Below, piece by piece: positions 17,889-27,700 of a stretch of DNA of 44,053 nt; within the stretch, counting starts at the first letter, position 1; every line of letters starts with the position of its first letter. Where the stretch lies: the IMG/VR virus record IMGVR_UViG_2597489870_000002, positions 1-44,053 of that record; one strand, written 5' to 3'. The notes under the pieces were generated by a model. It searched no databases. It was not told the origin of the DNA and saw nothing but the letters and a program-made list of their open reading frames with translations. Source of the stretch: a virus. Its lineage: Duplodnaviria; Heunggongvirae; Uroviricota; Caudoviricetes. A program made the translations under genes and the position numbers.

Positions 17889-18181
17889 CAGATTACGAAG
17901 ACGATCAACTGAAAGAAGAAAACGCCCGTAAGCAACGTGACATGGCGCAGCGTGAAATTGATGACATTCGCTTTGTCATGAGCAGTGAACAGGGGCGTCG
18001 CGTTGTCTGGTCGGTGCTGGAGAAAGGCCGTGTGTTTTCCGCTATCTCACCGATGGACGCTATGGCAATGGCATTTAATGAGGGGCAACGCAATCTGGCG
18101 CTGGAACTGTTTCAGCGCGTTATGGCGCATTGCCCTGAACAGTATTTGAAGATGGCCAAAGAGGCCAGTGAACAGGAGTGA
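17885..18181 (+). CDS. Hypothetical head-module protein
   Basis: 98-aa ORF coupled between portal and scaffold. Confidence 0.45.
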   Translation: MTDYEDDQLKEENARKQRDMAQREIDDIRFVMSSEQGRRVVWSVLEKGRVFSAISPMDAMAMAFNEGQRNLALELFQRVMAHCPEQYLKMAKEASEQE

Positions 18182-18879
18182 TCATGAGTTTATTTGAGCG
18201 TTTGCTGTATCGCCGTCTTTGCAATGAGCAACCAGTCGATGGTGGAGCAGCTCCGGCTGCGTCAGAACCGTCAGCGCCTGCAGGTGATAACCCTGCTCCA
18301 GTTGGTGATCCATCACAACTGGAAGGTGATAAGCCACAACCTGTTGCTGATGGCGATAAACCTGCTGATGACAAAAAGCCTGAAAACGATAAGCAGGATG
18401 AAAAAAAGGACGGCGATAAACCAGAGGGTGCGCCTGAGAAGTACGAGTTTCAGGCTGCCGAAGGCGTAGAGCTGGATACAGAAGCGTTGAAGGAATTCGA
18501 GCCGGTGGCGCGAGAACTTAACCTGACCAACGAGCAAGCGCAAAAGCTGGTTGATGCTTATCCGAAGATTCTGGCAGGTGTTCAGCAGCGCCAGGCAGAA
18601 GCCTGGCAGAAAACAACCGAGCAGTGGGCTGCGGATGTAAAAGCTGACAAAGAAATCGGTGGCGACAAGTTGATTTCTAACCTTAGCGCCGCACAGCGTG
18701 CGCTTGACCAGTTCGGGACACCTGAACTCAAAGAATATCTGAACACCACCGGACTGGGTAATCACCCTGATCTGGTCAAAACGTTCGTGAAAATCGGAAA
18801 GGCGATGTCTGAAGATGGCATGGTCACCGGTGGTAATGAAGGCCAGCGTAGTGCGGCCGAAGTGCTCTATGGCAAATAA
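18178..18879 (+). CDS. Scaffolding protein
   Basis: 233 aa, acidic, low-complexity and helical; immediately upstream of major capsid gene. Confidence 0.6.
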   Translation: MIMSLFERLLYRRLCNEQPVDGGAAPAASEPSAPAGDNPAPVGDPSQLEGDKPQPVADGDKPADDKKPENDKQDEKKDGDKPEGAPEKYEFQAAEGVELDTEALKEFEPVARELNLTNEQAQKLVDAYPKILAGVQQRQAEAWQKTTEQWAADVKADKEIGGDKLISNLSAAQRALDQFGTPELKEYLNTTGLGNHPDLVKTFVKIGKAMSEDGMVTGGNEGQRSAAEVLYGK

Positions 18880-18887
18880 GAGAGGAA

Positions 18888-19880
18888 ATGACAATGGCTG
18901 TTAAAGGCTTAACTGCGCTAACGCTGGCTGACTGGGGTAAGCGCGTCGATCCAAACGGGAAAGTCGATAAGATTATCGAGCTTCTCGGTCAAACTAACCC
19001 GATCCTTCAGGATATGCCTTTTGTCGAAGGGAACCTTCCTACGGGACACCGAACCACCATTCGTTCTGGTTTACCTTCAGCTACCTGGCGTTTGCTGAAC
19101 TATGGCGTACAGCCAAGCAAATCAACCACAGTGCAGGTCACCGATTCCGTTGGCATGCTGGAAACCTATGCTGAAGTCGATAAGTCACTGGCTGATCTGA
19201 ACGGCAATACCGCCGAATTCCGCCTGTCTGAAGACCGAGCATTTATTGAAGCGATGAATCAGCAGATGGCGCAGACGCTGTTTTATGGTGATTCCAGCGT
19301 TAACCCTCAGCAGTTTATGGGACTGTCCTCCCGCTATTCCAGCCTGTCTGCGGGTAATGCTCAGAACATCATTGATGCTGGTGGCACGGGTACAGATAAC
19401 ACCTCAATCTGGTTAGTGGTGTGGGGCGAAAACACCGTGCATGGCATCTTCCCGAAAGGGCAGAAGGCTGGCATCCAGATGGAAGATAAAGGCCAGGTGA
19501 CACTGGAAGATGCTAATGGCGGCAAGTACGAAGGCTACCGTACCCATTACAAATGGGACAACGGACTTGCTCTGCGTGACTGGCGTTATGTTGTTCGCAT
19601 TGCAAACATCGATGTCAGCAATCTTTCAGAACCTTCCTCTGCCGCAAATATTGCGAAGTTGATGGTTAAAGCACTACATCGCATTCCAAACCGTGGCATG
19701 GGCCGCCCGGTGTTCTACATGAACCGCACTGTAGGCCAGACTCTTGATCTGCAGTCTCTGGAGAAAACATCCCTGGCTATCAGCGTAAAAGAGACAGAAG
19801 GCGAGTGGTGGACTTCATTCCGTGGTGTACCAATCCGTGAAACTGATGCGCTTCTGGAAACAGAAGCCCGCGTGGTGTAA
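18888..19880 (+). CDS. Major capsid protein
   Basis: 330 aa, strong GAGG ribosome-binding site, position after scaffold, followed by a stem-loop. Confidence 0.75.
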   Translation: MTMAVKGLTALTLADWGKRVDPNGKVDKIIELLGQTNPILQDMPFVEGNLPTGHRTTIRSGLPSATWRLLNYGVQPSKSTTVQVTDSVGMLETYAEVDKSLADLNGNTAEFRLSEDRAFIEAMNQQMAQTLFYGDSSVNPQQFMGLSSRYSSLSAGNAQNIIDAGGTGTDNTSIWLVVWGENTVHGIFPKGQKAGIQMEDKGQVTLEDANGGKYEGYRTHYKWDNGLALRDWRYVVRIANIDVSNLSEPSSAANIAKLMVKALHRIPNRGMGRPVFYMNRTVGQTLDLQSLEKTSLAISVKETEGEWWTSFRGVPIRETDALLETEARVV

Positions 19881-19896
19881 CGCCTGTTATTAACCT

Positions 19897-19916
19897 GTGG
19901 GTCGTAACAGACCCAC
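19897..19916 (+). other. Stem-loop after capsid gene (no U-tract)
   Basis: GTGGGTC-GTAACA-GACCCAC perfect 7-bp hairpin. Confidence 0.4.
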
Positions 19917-19931
19917 TAATGGAGAAAGAAG

Positions 19932-20369
19932 ATGATCACCGACAAACTGTTGATGTTCTCCGAAGCACAGGCGGTAACTGATACCGCGGCTTCTACTGAC
20001 GTAATCGATCTCGGTCCAATTGATGGGAAACGTCGTGATATCGGCGTGGGTTACCCGCTTGAGTTTTGGGCGCTGGTTAACACAGCCGCCGCAGCAAGCG
20101 GTGATGCAACTGTAAACATCCAGTTGCAGACGAGTGAGGATAACAGCTCATGGACCACTATTTATGATAGTGGTGCACTGGCAAAGACCGCCCTGACAGC
20201 AGGTAAACGAGTTGTTTCTGCAAAGGTGCCTGCCGGTGTTCAGCGATATCTGCGTGTTAACTACTCCGTCGCAACTGGCCCACTAACGGCTGGCGAATTC
20301 ACTGCTGGTATCAGTCTTGATGTTGATGCCAATACGCCGTATCCGATCCGCTCAAAAGTAACTGGTTAA
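19932..20369 (+). CDS. Virion protein, possible capsid decoration
   Basis: 145 aa, Thr/Ala/Gly-rich beta-type composition; placement after capsid gene. Confidence 0.4.
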   Translation: MITDKLLMFSEAQAVTDTAASTDVIDLGPIDGKRRDIGVGYPLEFWALVNTAAAASGDATVNIQLQTSEDNSSWTTIYDSGALAKTALTAGKRVVSAKVPAGVQRYLRVNYSVATGPLTAGEFTAGISLDVDANTPYPIRSKVTG

Positions 20370-20370
20370 G

Positions 20371-20715
20371 GTGATATCGATGTCAGGTGAGCAACCAAGA
20401 TACCGCGTTCTGCGCCTCTCTCATATCCATAACACTCTGTGGCCGGAGGGGGCAGAAATCGAATACGAAGGTGAGCCTGGTAGCGCACTGGAACCTGTTA
20501 ACGATGCAGCCAGACAGGCAAAAGCAAAAGTTGCAGGAAAGGTGTCAATGGCAGCAACCAGCACCAAAATCATCAACGATGTGTCAGATGATGGTGAACT
20601 GGATAAGCTCCGTGAAGAGTACGAATTGCTCTTTAACGAGAAGCCACACCATAACGCTAAAGCCGAAACGCTCCGCGAGAAGATCGCAGATAAGCGTAAA
20701 GAACTAGGCGTGTAA
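20371..20715 (+). CDS. Hypothetical virion-module protein
   Basis: 114-aa ORF. Confidence 0.45.
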   Translation: MISMSGEQPRYRVLRLSHIHNTLWPEGAEIEYEGEPGSALEPVNDAARQAKAKVAGKVSMAATSTKIINDVSDDGELDKLREEYELLFNEKPHHNAKAETLREKIADKRKELGV

Positions 20716-20732
20716 GCCTCGCGAATCCGACA

Positions 20733-20753
20733 AGGGGCTTCGGCCCCTTTATT
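20733..20753 (+). terminator. Rho-independent terminator (UUCG tetraloop)
   Basis: AGGGGC-TTCG-GCCCCT followed by TTTATT. Confidence 0.75.
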
Positions 20754-20759
20754 GCAGGA

Positions 20760-21089
20760 GTGTATATGGAACTCGTAAACCTCAAAACCGGCACTGACAG
20801 CTACCAGGATGAGAGCGGAGAAACCAGAACTCGCGATGAATACCCGTGGGGGCTGTGCATCACTCTTAATAACGACACATTGAATAAGCTGAAGGCGCAA
20901 CCTAAGGGCGTCGGAACGGAAGTGATGATAACTGCAAAGGCTGTTATTCGAGGCCTGTCTGCCAGAGAAACTGACGATGGCGTTAATCGCAGCGCCGATC
21001 TGCAGATCACTGATATGGCGATCGCTCCTGTTTCCGGGGATGTAGAAAAATCAGCGGCTGAAACTCTGTACGGTAACGGAGGTGAGTGA
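20760..21089 (+). CDS. Hypothetical virion protein
   Basis: 109-aa ORF at start of tail operon. Confidence 0.45.
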   Translation: MYMELVNLKTGTDSYQDESGETRTRDEYPWGLCITLNNDTLNKLKAQPKGVGTEVMITAKAVIRGLSARETDDGVNRSADLQITDMAIAPVSGDVEKSAAETLYGNGGE

Positions 21090-21694
21090 TGGCCTCTGTA
21101 GTAGAGATCTGTAATCGTGCGCTGTCCAATATTGGCAACAGCCGCAGCATTAACAGCCTGACGGAAGCCAGCAAGGAAGCGGGGGAATGTTCGCTGCACT
21201 TTGAGGCCTGCCGTGATGCTGTGCTTTCTGATTTTGACTGGAACTTTGCTACCAAACGCGTGGCGCTTGCAGATACGAGCAATCCACCGCCTGACTGGGA
21301 ATATGCGTACCAGTACCCGTCAGATTGTCTGCGCATTACTGAAATTATGCTTCCTGGTGTACGCAATCCAACAGCAGCAATGCGCGTTCAGTACGAAGTT
21401 GGTGCAGACACCAACGGAACAGGAAAGTTGATCTACACAGACCAGCCTCAGGCATGGCTCAAGTATGTCTCTCGCGTTACAGATGTGAACATGTTTGATG
21501 CCATTTTTATGGAGGCGTTGGCCTGGCGTCTTGCGGCAGCTATTAACATGGCGCTGACTGGGAATACAGACCTCGGTACGTTTGCCCTCAATATGTACAA
21601 TCGCGTGATTCTTAGTGCTGGCTCGCATAGCCAGAATGAATCACAGGAACCACAGCCACCGGTTGATGAGTTTACCATTGCGAGGTTGTCCTGA
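21086..21694 (+). CDS. Tail tubular protein A-like (adaptor)
   Basis: 202 aa; N-terminal pattern (ICNRALSNIGNSRSINSLTE) resembles T7 gp11-type proteins; size and position fit. Confidence 0.55.
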   Translation: MMASVVEICNRALSNIGNSRSINSLTEASKEAGECSLHFEACRDAVLSDFDWNFATKRVALADTSNPPPDWEYAYQYPSDCLRITEIMLPGVRNPTAAMRVQYEVGADTNGTGKLIYTDQPQAWLKYVSRVTDVNMFDAIFMEALAWRLAAAINMALTGNTDLGTFALNMYNRVILSAGSHSQNESQEPQPPVDEFTIARLS

Positions 21695-24171
21695 TGGCTA
21701 TCAGTTGGATCCAGCCCAGCTTTGCCGGTGGTGAGATTGGACCGTCGTTGTACGGGCGTATTGACATGGCGAAGTACCAGGTGGCATTGCGCAAGTGCGA
21801 TAACTTTATCGTGCGGCAGTATGGCGGCGTTGAGAATCGCCCGGGAACGCGCTTCGTCGGCGAAGCCAAATACCCGACGCGCAAATGCCGTCTTATTCCT
21901 TTCCAGTTCTCGACCGTCCAGACTTATGCGCTGGAGTTCGGGCACAACTACATGCGCGTTATCAAAGATGGTGCGTATGTGCTGAACAGCAGCAATGTGA
22001 TTTATGAGCTGGCGATGCCATATGCTGATACCGACCTTTTCCGCATAAAATTCACGCAGAGCGCTGACGTTCTGACGCTGGTGCATCCTGCATACCCGCC
22101 GAAAGAACTGCGCCGCTACGCGCACGACAACTGGCAGATCGTCGACGTAACCACCAAAAACGGACCGTTCGAAGATATTAACGTTGACGAAACAGTGAAG
22201 GTATACGCCAGCGCCAGCACCGGAACCATTACGTTGACGGCAAGTTCTGCCATCTTCGGTGCTGAGCAGGTCGGAAAACTGTTCTATCTCGAGCAGCCTG
22301 CTATTGATTCCGTACCGGTATGGGAAACCAGCAAGACCACAGCAATCAACGATGTCCGCCGTGCAGACAGCAACTACTACCGTGCCAATACTTCCGGCAA
22401 GACCGGGACCCTGCGCCCTTCTCACACAGAAGGGATGTCGTGGGATGGGTGGGGCGGAACCGGTGATAGTGATACCGGAATCCAGTGGGAATACCTGCAC
22501 AGCGGTTTCGGCATTGCGCGCATCACTGCGGTATCCAGCGACGGCCTGACCGCCACTGCTACGGTGGTTAGCTACATCCCGTCCCAGGTTGTAGGATCGG
22601 CGAATGGCAGCTACAAGTGGGCACGGTACGCATGGAACAGTGTCAACGGCTACCCGAGCACGGTTGTTTACTATCAGCAGCGCCTGTATTTCGCCGCGTC
22701 CACCGCGTATCCACAAACGATCTGGGCGAGCCGGACCGGAGACTATAAGGACTTCGGCAAGAATAACCCTATTCAGGATGACGATCGCATCATCTACACC
22801 TACGCCGGGCGACAGGTGAATGAGATCCGCCATCTTATTGACGTCGGCAACCTGGTCGCGCTGACATCCGGCGGGGAATATACGATATCCGGAGACCAGA
22901 ATAAGGTCCTCACGCCGTCGGCGTTTTCGTTCAGTTCGCAGGGTAACAACGGCTCCAGCAATGTGCCGCCGATCGCGGTGGCAAACATCGCGCTGTTCAT
23001 CCAGGAAAAGGGGAGCGTGGTGCGCGATCTGGCCTATTCCTTCGACGTCGACGGATACCAAGGTACTGACCTGACCATACTGGCAAACCACCTCTTTCAG
23101 AAGCGCAGCATTGTCGACTGGTCATTCTGCATCGTGCCGTACAGCAGCGCGTTCTGCATTCGTGATGACGGCAAACTGCTGGTGCTGACCTATCTGCGCG
23201 ATCAGCAGGTGTTCGCATGGGCGCCGCAGTCCAGCACCGGAAAGTACGAAAGCACCTGCTCCATCAGCGAAGGCAGCGAGGACGCTGTTTATTTCGTGGT
23301 TAACCGGACCATCAATGGGCAGACGAAACGTTACATCGAGCGCCTGTCCAGCCGCCTGTTTACCAGTGATGAAGATGCATTCTTTGTCGACTGCGGTCTG
23401 AGCTATGACGGACGCAATACCTCAACACGTACTATGACCATCAGCGGAGGCAGTGGTGACTGGAGCTATCAGGTTGACTACCCGGTGACGATAAGCGGCG
23501 GGGCGTATTTCGTTGGCACCGACGTTGGCGCGCAGATCCAGTTCCCGTACTCAGAAACGGATCCTGATACCGGCGAAGTGGTGGCGAAAGAATTGCGTGG
23601 CGACATCATCTCCGTAACGAGTAATACCGCCGTGGTTGTTCGCTTCAACCGTAACGTACCCGCGTTACTGCGCACTGCGGCCACAACTAACTGGCAGATG
23701 GCCCGCCAGACTTTCAGCGGCCTGTCACACCTCGAAGGCCAGACAGTCAACATCCTCTCCGATGCCAGCGTAGAGCCACAGAAAATCGTAACCGGTGGCG
23801 CTGTCACGCTGGAGTCACCTGGCGCGGTGGTGCATATCGGGTTGCCGATCACCGCTGAATTCGAAACGCTGGACATCAACATTAACGGGCAGGAAACGCT
23901 GCTGGATAAAAAGCAGGTGATACCCACTGTCACGATGGTGGTCAACGCCAGCCGAGGCATCTGGGCAACCACACCAGGTGGTGAGTGGTACGAGTATCCG
24001 CAGCGGGAATTCGAGTTCTACGACGATCCGGTTGATGACGCTACCGGGAAGGTGGAAGTGAAGCTCGACAGCAACTGGGACAAGAACGGACGCGTTAAGG
24101 TGCGCCAGCTCGACCCACTGCCGCTTTCTGTTCTGGCGGTCCTGCCGCGATTGACTGTCGGGGGATTCTGA
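21694..24171 (+). CDS. Tail tubular protein B-like (nozzle)
   Basis: 825 aa, beta-rich; follows tubular A-like gene; size fits gp12-type proteins. Confidence 0.55.
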   Translation: MAISWIQPSFAGGEIGPSLYGRIDMAKYQVALRKCDNFIVRQYGGVENRPGTRFVGEAKYPTRKCRLIPFQFSTVQTYALEFGHNYMRVIKDGAYVLNSSNVIYELAMPYADTDLFRIKFTQSADVLTLVHPAYPPKELRRYAHDNWQIVDVTTKNGPFEDINVDETVKVYASASTGTITLTASSAIFGAEQVGKLFYLEQPAIDSVPVWETSKTTAINDVRRADSNYYRANTSGKTGTLRPSHTEGMSWDGWGGTGDSDTGIQWEYLHSGFGIARITAVSSDGLTATATVVSYIPSQVVGSANGSYKWARYAWNSVNGYPSTVVYYQQRLYFAASTAYPQTIWASRTGDYKDFGKNNPIQDDDRIIYTYAGRQVNEIRHLIDVGNLVALTSGGEYTISGDQNKVLTPSAFSFSSQGNNGSSNVPPIAVANIALFIQEKGSVVRDLAYSFDVDGYQGTDLTILANHLFQKRSIVDWSFCIVPYSSAFCIRDDGKLLVLTYLRDQQVFAWAPQSSTGKYESTCSISEGSEDAVYFVVNRTINGQTKRYIERLSSRLFTSDEDAFFVDCGLSYDGRNTSTRTMTISGGSGDWSYQVDYPVTISGGAYFVGTDVGAQIQFPYSETDPDTGEVVAKELRGDIISVTSNTAVVVRFNRNVPALLRTAATTNWQMARQTFSGLSHLEGQTVNILSDASVEPQKIVTGGAVTLESPGAVVHIGLPITAEFETLDININGQETLLDKKQVIPTVTMVVNASRGIWATTPGGEWYEYPQREFEFYDDPVDDATGKVEVKLDSNWDKNGRVKVRQLDPLPLSVLAVLPRLTVGGF

Positions 24172-24635
24172 TGATTAAAGCTCAGATCGTACCGGCCACC
24201 GCAGCGCATATCGAAGCCATGCTGCCGCATGTCCGCCAGGCTGACGTTGATGAATTTCTGGCAACAAACGGGTGGAGCCCGCGCCGCGTTCTGGAAACCG
24301 GTCTGCGCACGTCAACTTTCTCCTGCGCCGGGCTTATCAACGGGGAAGTGGTGACCATCTTCGGCGTGGCCCCGGCATCAATGATCGGCGGCAACGGTAT
24401 CCCGTGGATGGTGGGCACCGATGCGCTGGAGATATACCAGCGCACTTTCCTGCGCCGCTGCGGGAAAGTGGTCAATGCAATGCTGGCTGTTTACCCGTAT
24501 CTTGAAAACTATGTTGATGCCCGCAACCACACAGCGCGTATCTGGCTGCACTGGCTGGGATTCACCATTGAAGAACCACAGCCGTACGGCATTAACAACC
24601 TACCGTTTCACCGATTCCACATGGAGAGAAAATAA
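24171..24635 (+). CDS. Virion-associated protein
   Basis: 154-aa ORF coupled to tail genes. Confidence 0.4.
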   Translation: MIKAQIVPATAAHIEAMLPHVRQADVDEFLATNGWSPRRVLETGLRTSTFSCAGLINGEVVTIFGVAPASMIGGNGIPWMVGTDALEIYQRTFLRRCGKVVNAMLAVYPYLENYVDARNHTARIWLHWLGFTIEEPQPYGINNLPFHRFHMERK

Positions 24636-25177
24636 TGTGTAGCCCGGCTATAGCAATGGTTGCAGTCACAGTGGCATCAACTGCCGCATCAATGTACAGC
24701 CAAAATCAGCAGGCAAAATACACTTCTGCGGTAGCAGAGAAAAATGCCGATGTGGCAGAGGCTCAGGCTCAGGATTCCATAAACAGAGGTAACGCAGAGG
24801 CAGATCAGCGTCGTAGAGAAATGCGCCAACGACAAGGGACGCAGGCGGCAACCATGGCGGCAACTGGCGCAGAATTGGGCAGCGGTTCATCCCTGGACAT
24901 CTTCGGAGATACTGCGCAATTCGGTGCGCTAGATGCGTTGACTACTGTGAATAATGCCCAGAGAGAGGCCTATGGTTTTCGTGTTCAGGGGGCAAATTAT
25001 CAGTCTCAGGCAGATTCAGCGCGCAGTGCAGGAAGTGCAGGCTTGACTCAGACATTACTAACCGCGCCACTGAAGGCATATGGGGCTTATCAGATGGGCG
25101 GTGGCACTTGGAATCCTTTTTCGCAAAGTAAATCGGCCCCTATATCTGCCGCAATAGGCACGCCAACCGGTCGATAA
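24635..25177 (+). CDS. Internal virion protein (gp14-like)
   Basis: 180 aa; N-terminal hydrophobic segment, Gln/Ala-rich. Confidence 0.45.
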   Translation: MCSPAIAMVAVTVASTAASMYSQNQQAKYTSAVAEKNADVAEAQAQDSINRGNAEADQRRREMRQRQGTQAATMAATGAELGSGSSLDIFGDTAQFGALDALTTVNNAQREAYGFRVQGANYQSQADSARSAGSAGLTQTLLTAPLKAYGAYQMGGGTWNPFSQSKSAPISAAIGTPTGR

Positions 25178-25189
25178 GGAGATACCGAA

Positions 25190-27700
25190 ATGCCAACAGT
25201 ACCAACAGTCACTGGTCGTCAGGTTGAAAGTCGCGGGTTTCAGTCTCCAGGGCTACAAACATTTAATACTCCACAGATGGGCGATGTTTTAGGAGGGGTT
25301 GCTGATAAATATGTCGATGTTTTTGCACAGGCAAAGCAGCGCGCTGATGTTGCTCAGGCTCAGGATGCATCATTGCAACTCAGCCAGATTTCCAGTGATC
25401 TGCTGACTAACCCGGATACTGGGCTGCTGAATCTCCAGGGTAAAAATGCGCTCGGCAAAGGTCAGGAGTACACCCAGCAGTTCGATGCTCAGGCAGAGCA
25501 GATCGCGATGACACTGCCGGAAGGTGCCAGGGCTGGTTTTATGCAGCAGGCGCAGCAGCAACGCATTCAGTTCACAACCCAGGCTGGTCGACATGAGATT
25601 AGCCAACTTAATGCCTATGAAGAAGGTCAGTTCCAGGCGACGCTGGCGAACAACGGAAAATTAGCCGCATCTGCCTACGGCGACAATGCTAACTATGTAC
25701 TCTACAACCAGCAGACTTTCCAGCAGATTGAAGATTACGGCGCTGCACATGGCTGGAGTTCTGAACAGATTCAAGCCAAAAAAATTGAGTTCAAAGAGAA
25801 GGTTGCTGATGCGTCACTGTCGCAGTGGTCGGCTAACAACTCCATTGAGTTCATTCAGAGCAATGGCGAGTTAAGCGATACGGTTACCGGCTCCCGCCGT
25901 GCAGTATCAGAAGGTGGTTCTGGTGATAGCGCTCGTGGCATTCGCAACAATAACCCCGGCAACCTCGAGTACAGCAAAACCAATCCGTGGGTAGGCCAGA
26001 CCGGTGATGATGGTCGCTTTGCCAAATTCGAAACGCCAGAGCACGGCATTCGCGCGCTAGGGCGCAACCTGCTTTCGTACCAACGCCAGGGGATTGATAC
26101 CGTCAACGACATCATTAACCGCTGGGCGCCGCCGTCTGACAATAACAACACCGACACCTATATCCAGGCAGTATGTGCGCAGCTCGGCGTGACTCCTGAC
26201 CAGCCTCTTGATGCATCAAACCCTGACACACTAAAGGCTTTGTGTGCCTCAATTATCCAGCATGAGAACGGCAGCCAGCCATACAGCGATCAGCAACTTG
26301 CTACTGGTGTTAGCGCGGCTATTGGCCTCTCTCAGCTTCCAACCAGCACAAAACGTTACACAGGTAATGCGGCATTCGATGCTGCATCTCCGGAGGCGCA
26401 GGCGACATTCCTTCGCCAGGCTGATCAGATCCGCAAACAGCAGCAGGCTGAATACCGCACCAATATCGACAGCCGTGTACGTGATGCCAGCGCGGCATAC
26501 ATGCGCGGCGTCGATTTCCCCAATGCGCCTACGCAGAACGACTTTATGGCGGCGTACGGCGTGCGTGAAGGAAACCTGCGTTACACCGAGTTCAGGAATA
26601 CGCAGATCGCCGGGCAATACATTGGTTCATTCCGTAATATGCCGACCAGTAGCATTCAGGCGGCAGTAGAAAACCTGAAGCCAGACACCGGTGAAACTGG
26701 TGAAGGATATGCAGCGCGCGCCCAAACCTATGATGCCGTTGTCTCTGCTGCCAGTACTGTTCTTGCGCAACGTAAAGCAGACCCAATTCAGTTTTCACTT
26801 TCTTCCGGGCAAACAAAGCCTATCGATATGACCAACCAGAACAATTTCAGCCAGACGATTGCCCTTCGTGCCTCTCAGGCTGCAGAACTGGCTAAATCAT
26901 ACGGCACGCCGCTGACATTCTTTTCCAAAGATGAAGCTAATCAGATCGGTGCTTTCTTCCGTGATGCACCAGTTTCTCAGCAGTCTGCATACCTCGACAC
27001 CATTCGGCAGAGTACTGGCGGTGGTCAGGTATATATGTCGGCGCTTCAGCAGATCAGCACCAATGCCCCATCGGCAGCTGTCGCCGGGATCCTTATGGAT
27101 AAGCCTGGCGGTGTTGTGGCTGAGAAAAACTGGTTTAACCCTGATGTTTCTGTATCACCTGAATCGGCAGCACAAACAATCCTTTCTGGTGCTGCAGCTC
27201 GCAAAGGTACAGGTGATGTGAAAGGCATACCAATGCCGAAAGATAACGATCTTCGTCTTGAGTTCTCTGACATGGTGAAGGATGCGTTTGCCGGTGACGC
27301 GCATGGCGCATCAATGGCCTACGAAATAGCGAAGGACTATTACGCTGGCGTGATGGCGAAGAAGGGCGTTGTATCAGGTGAGATTGACAGTGACACATGG
27401 AAGCAGGCTGTTAACGTAGCTACTGGCGGCGTACATGACTATAACGGCATGGGAAGCGTGCTGTTACCGTGGGGTATGTCTGCCGAGCAATTTGATAAAC
27501 AAGTTGATCAGGCCTGGAAAACACAGGTGACTGATGCAGGAATAAAAGCCCCACCAGGGCAGTATGGGCTGCAAAGCTATGGAGATAGCCAGTATCTGGT
27601 GAAGCTCGGCACCGGGTATTTGCTGAAAGATGATGGAACTCCTGTCGTTATCGATCTCACACAACAGCGCCAGAGGTTCTCAGGGGGGATCCCGCAATGA
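25190..27700 (+). CDS. Internal virion / ejection protein with putative peptidoglycan-hydrolase segment
   Basis: 836 aa; segment GIRNNNPGNLEYS...FAKFETPEHGIRA resembles cell-wall hydrolase motifs of phage injection proteins. Confidence 0.5.
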   Translation: MPTVPTVTGRQVESRGFQSPGLQTFNTPQMGDVLGGVADKYVDVFAQAKQRADVAQAQDASLQLSQISSDLLTNPDTGLLNLQGKNALGKGQEYTQQFDAQAEQIAMTLPEGARAGFMQQAQQQRIQFTTQAGRHEISQLNAYEEGQFQATLANNGKLAASAYGDNANYVLYNQQTFQQIEDYGAAHGWSSEQIQAKKIEFKEKVADASLSQWSANNSIEFIQSNGELSDTVTGSRRAVSEGGSGDSARGIRNNNPGNLEYSKTNPWVGQTGDDGRFAKFETPEHGIRALGRNLLSYQRQGIDTVNDIINRWAPPSDNNNTDTYIQAVCAQLGVTPDQPLDASNPDTLKALCASIIQHENGSQPYSDQQLATGVSAAIGLSQLPTSTKRYTGNAAFDAASPEAQATFLRQADQIRKQQQAEYRTNIDSRVRDASAAYMRGVDFPNAPTQNDFMAAYGVREGNLRYTEFRNTQIAGQYIGSFRNMPTSSIQAAVENLKPDTGETGEGYAARAQTYDAVVSAASTVLAQRKADPIQFSLSSGQTKPIDMTNQNNFSQTIALRASQAAELAKSYGTPLTFFSKDEANQIGAFFRDAPVSQQSAYLDTIRQSTGGGQVYMSALQQISTNAPSAAVAGILMDKPGGVVAEKNWFNPDVSVSPESAAQTILSGAAARKGTGDVKGIPMPKDNDLRLEFSDMVKDAFAGDAHGASMAYEIAKDYYAGVMAKKGVVSGEIDSDTWKQAVNVATGGVHDYNGMGSVLLPWGMSAEQFDKQVDQAWKTQVTDAGIKAPPGQYGLQSYGDSQYLVKLGTGYLLKDDGTPVVIDLTQQRQRFSGGIPQ

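Noticed and set aside
21448-23091. 547-aa minus-strand ORF
   Set aside because: Lies entirely antisense within the tail tubular B-like gene in GC-rich sequence; no ribosome-binding site and Arg/Ala-rich low-complexity translation; a shadow ORF.
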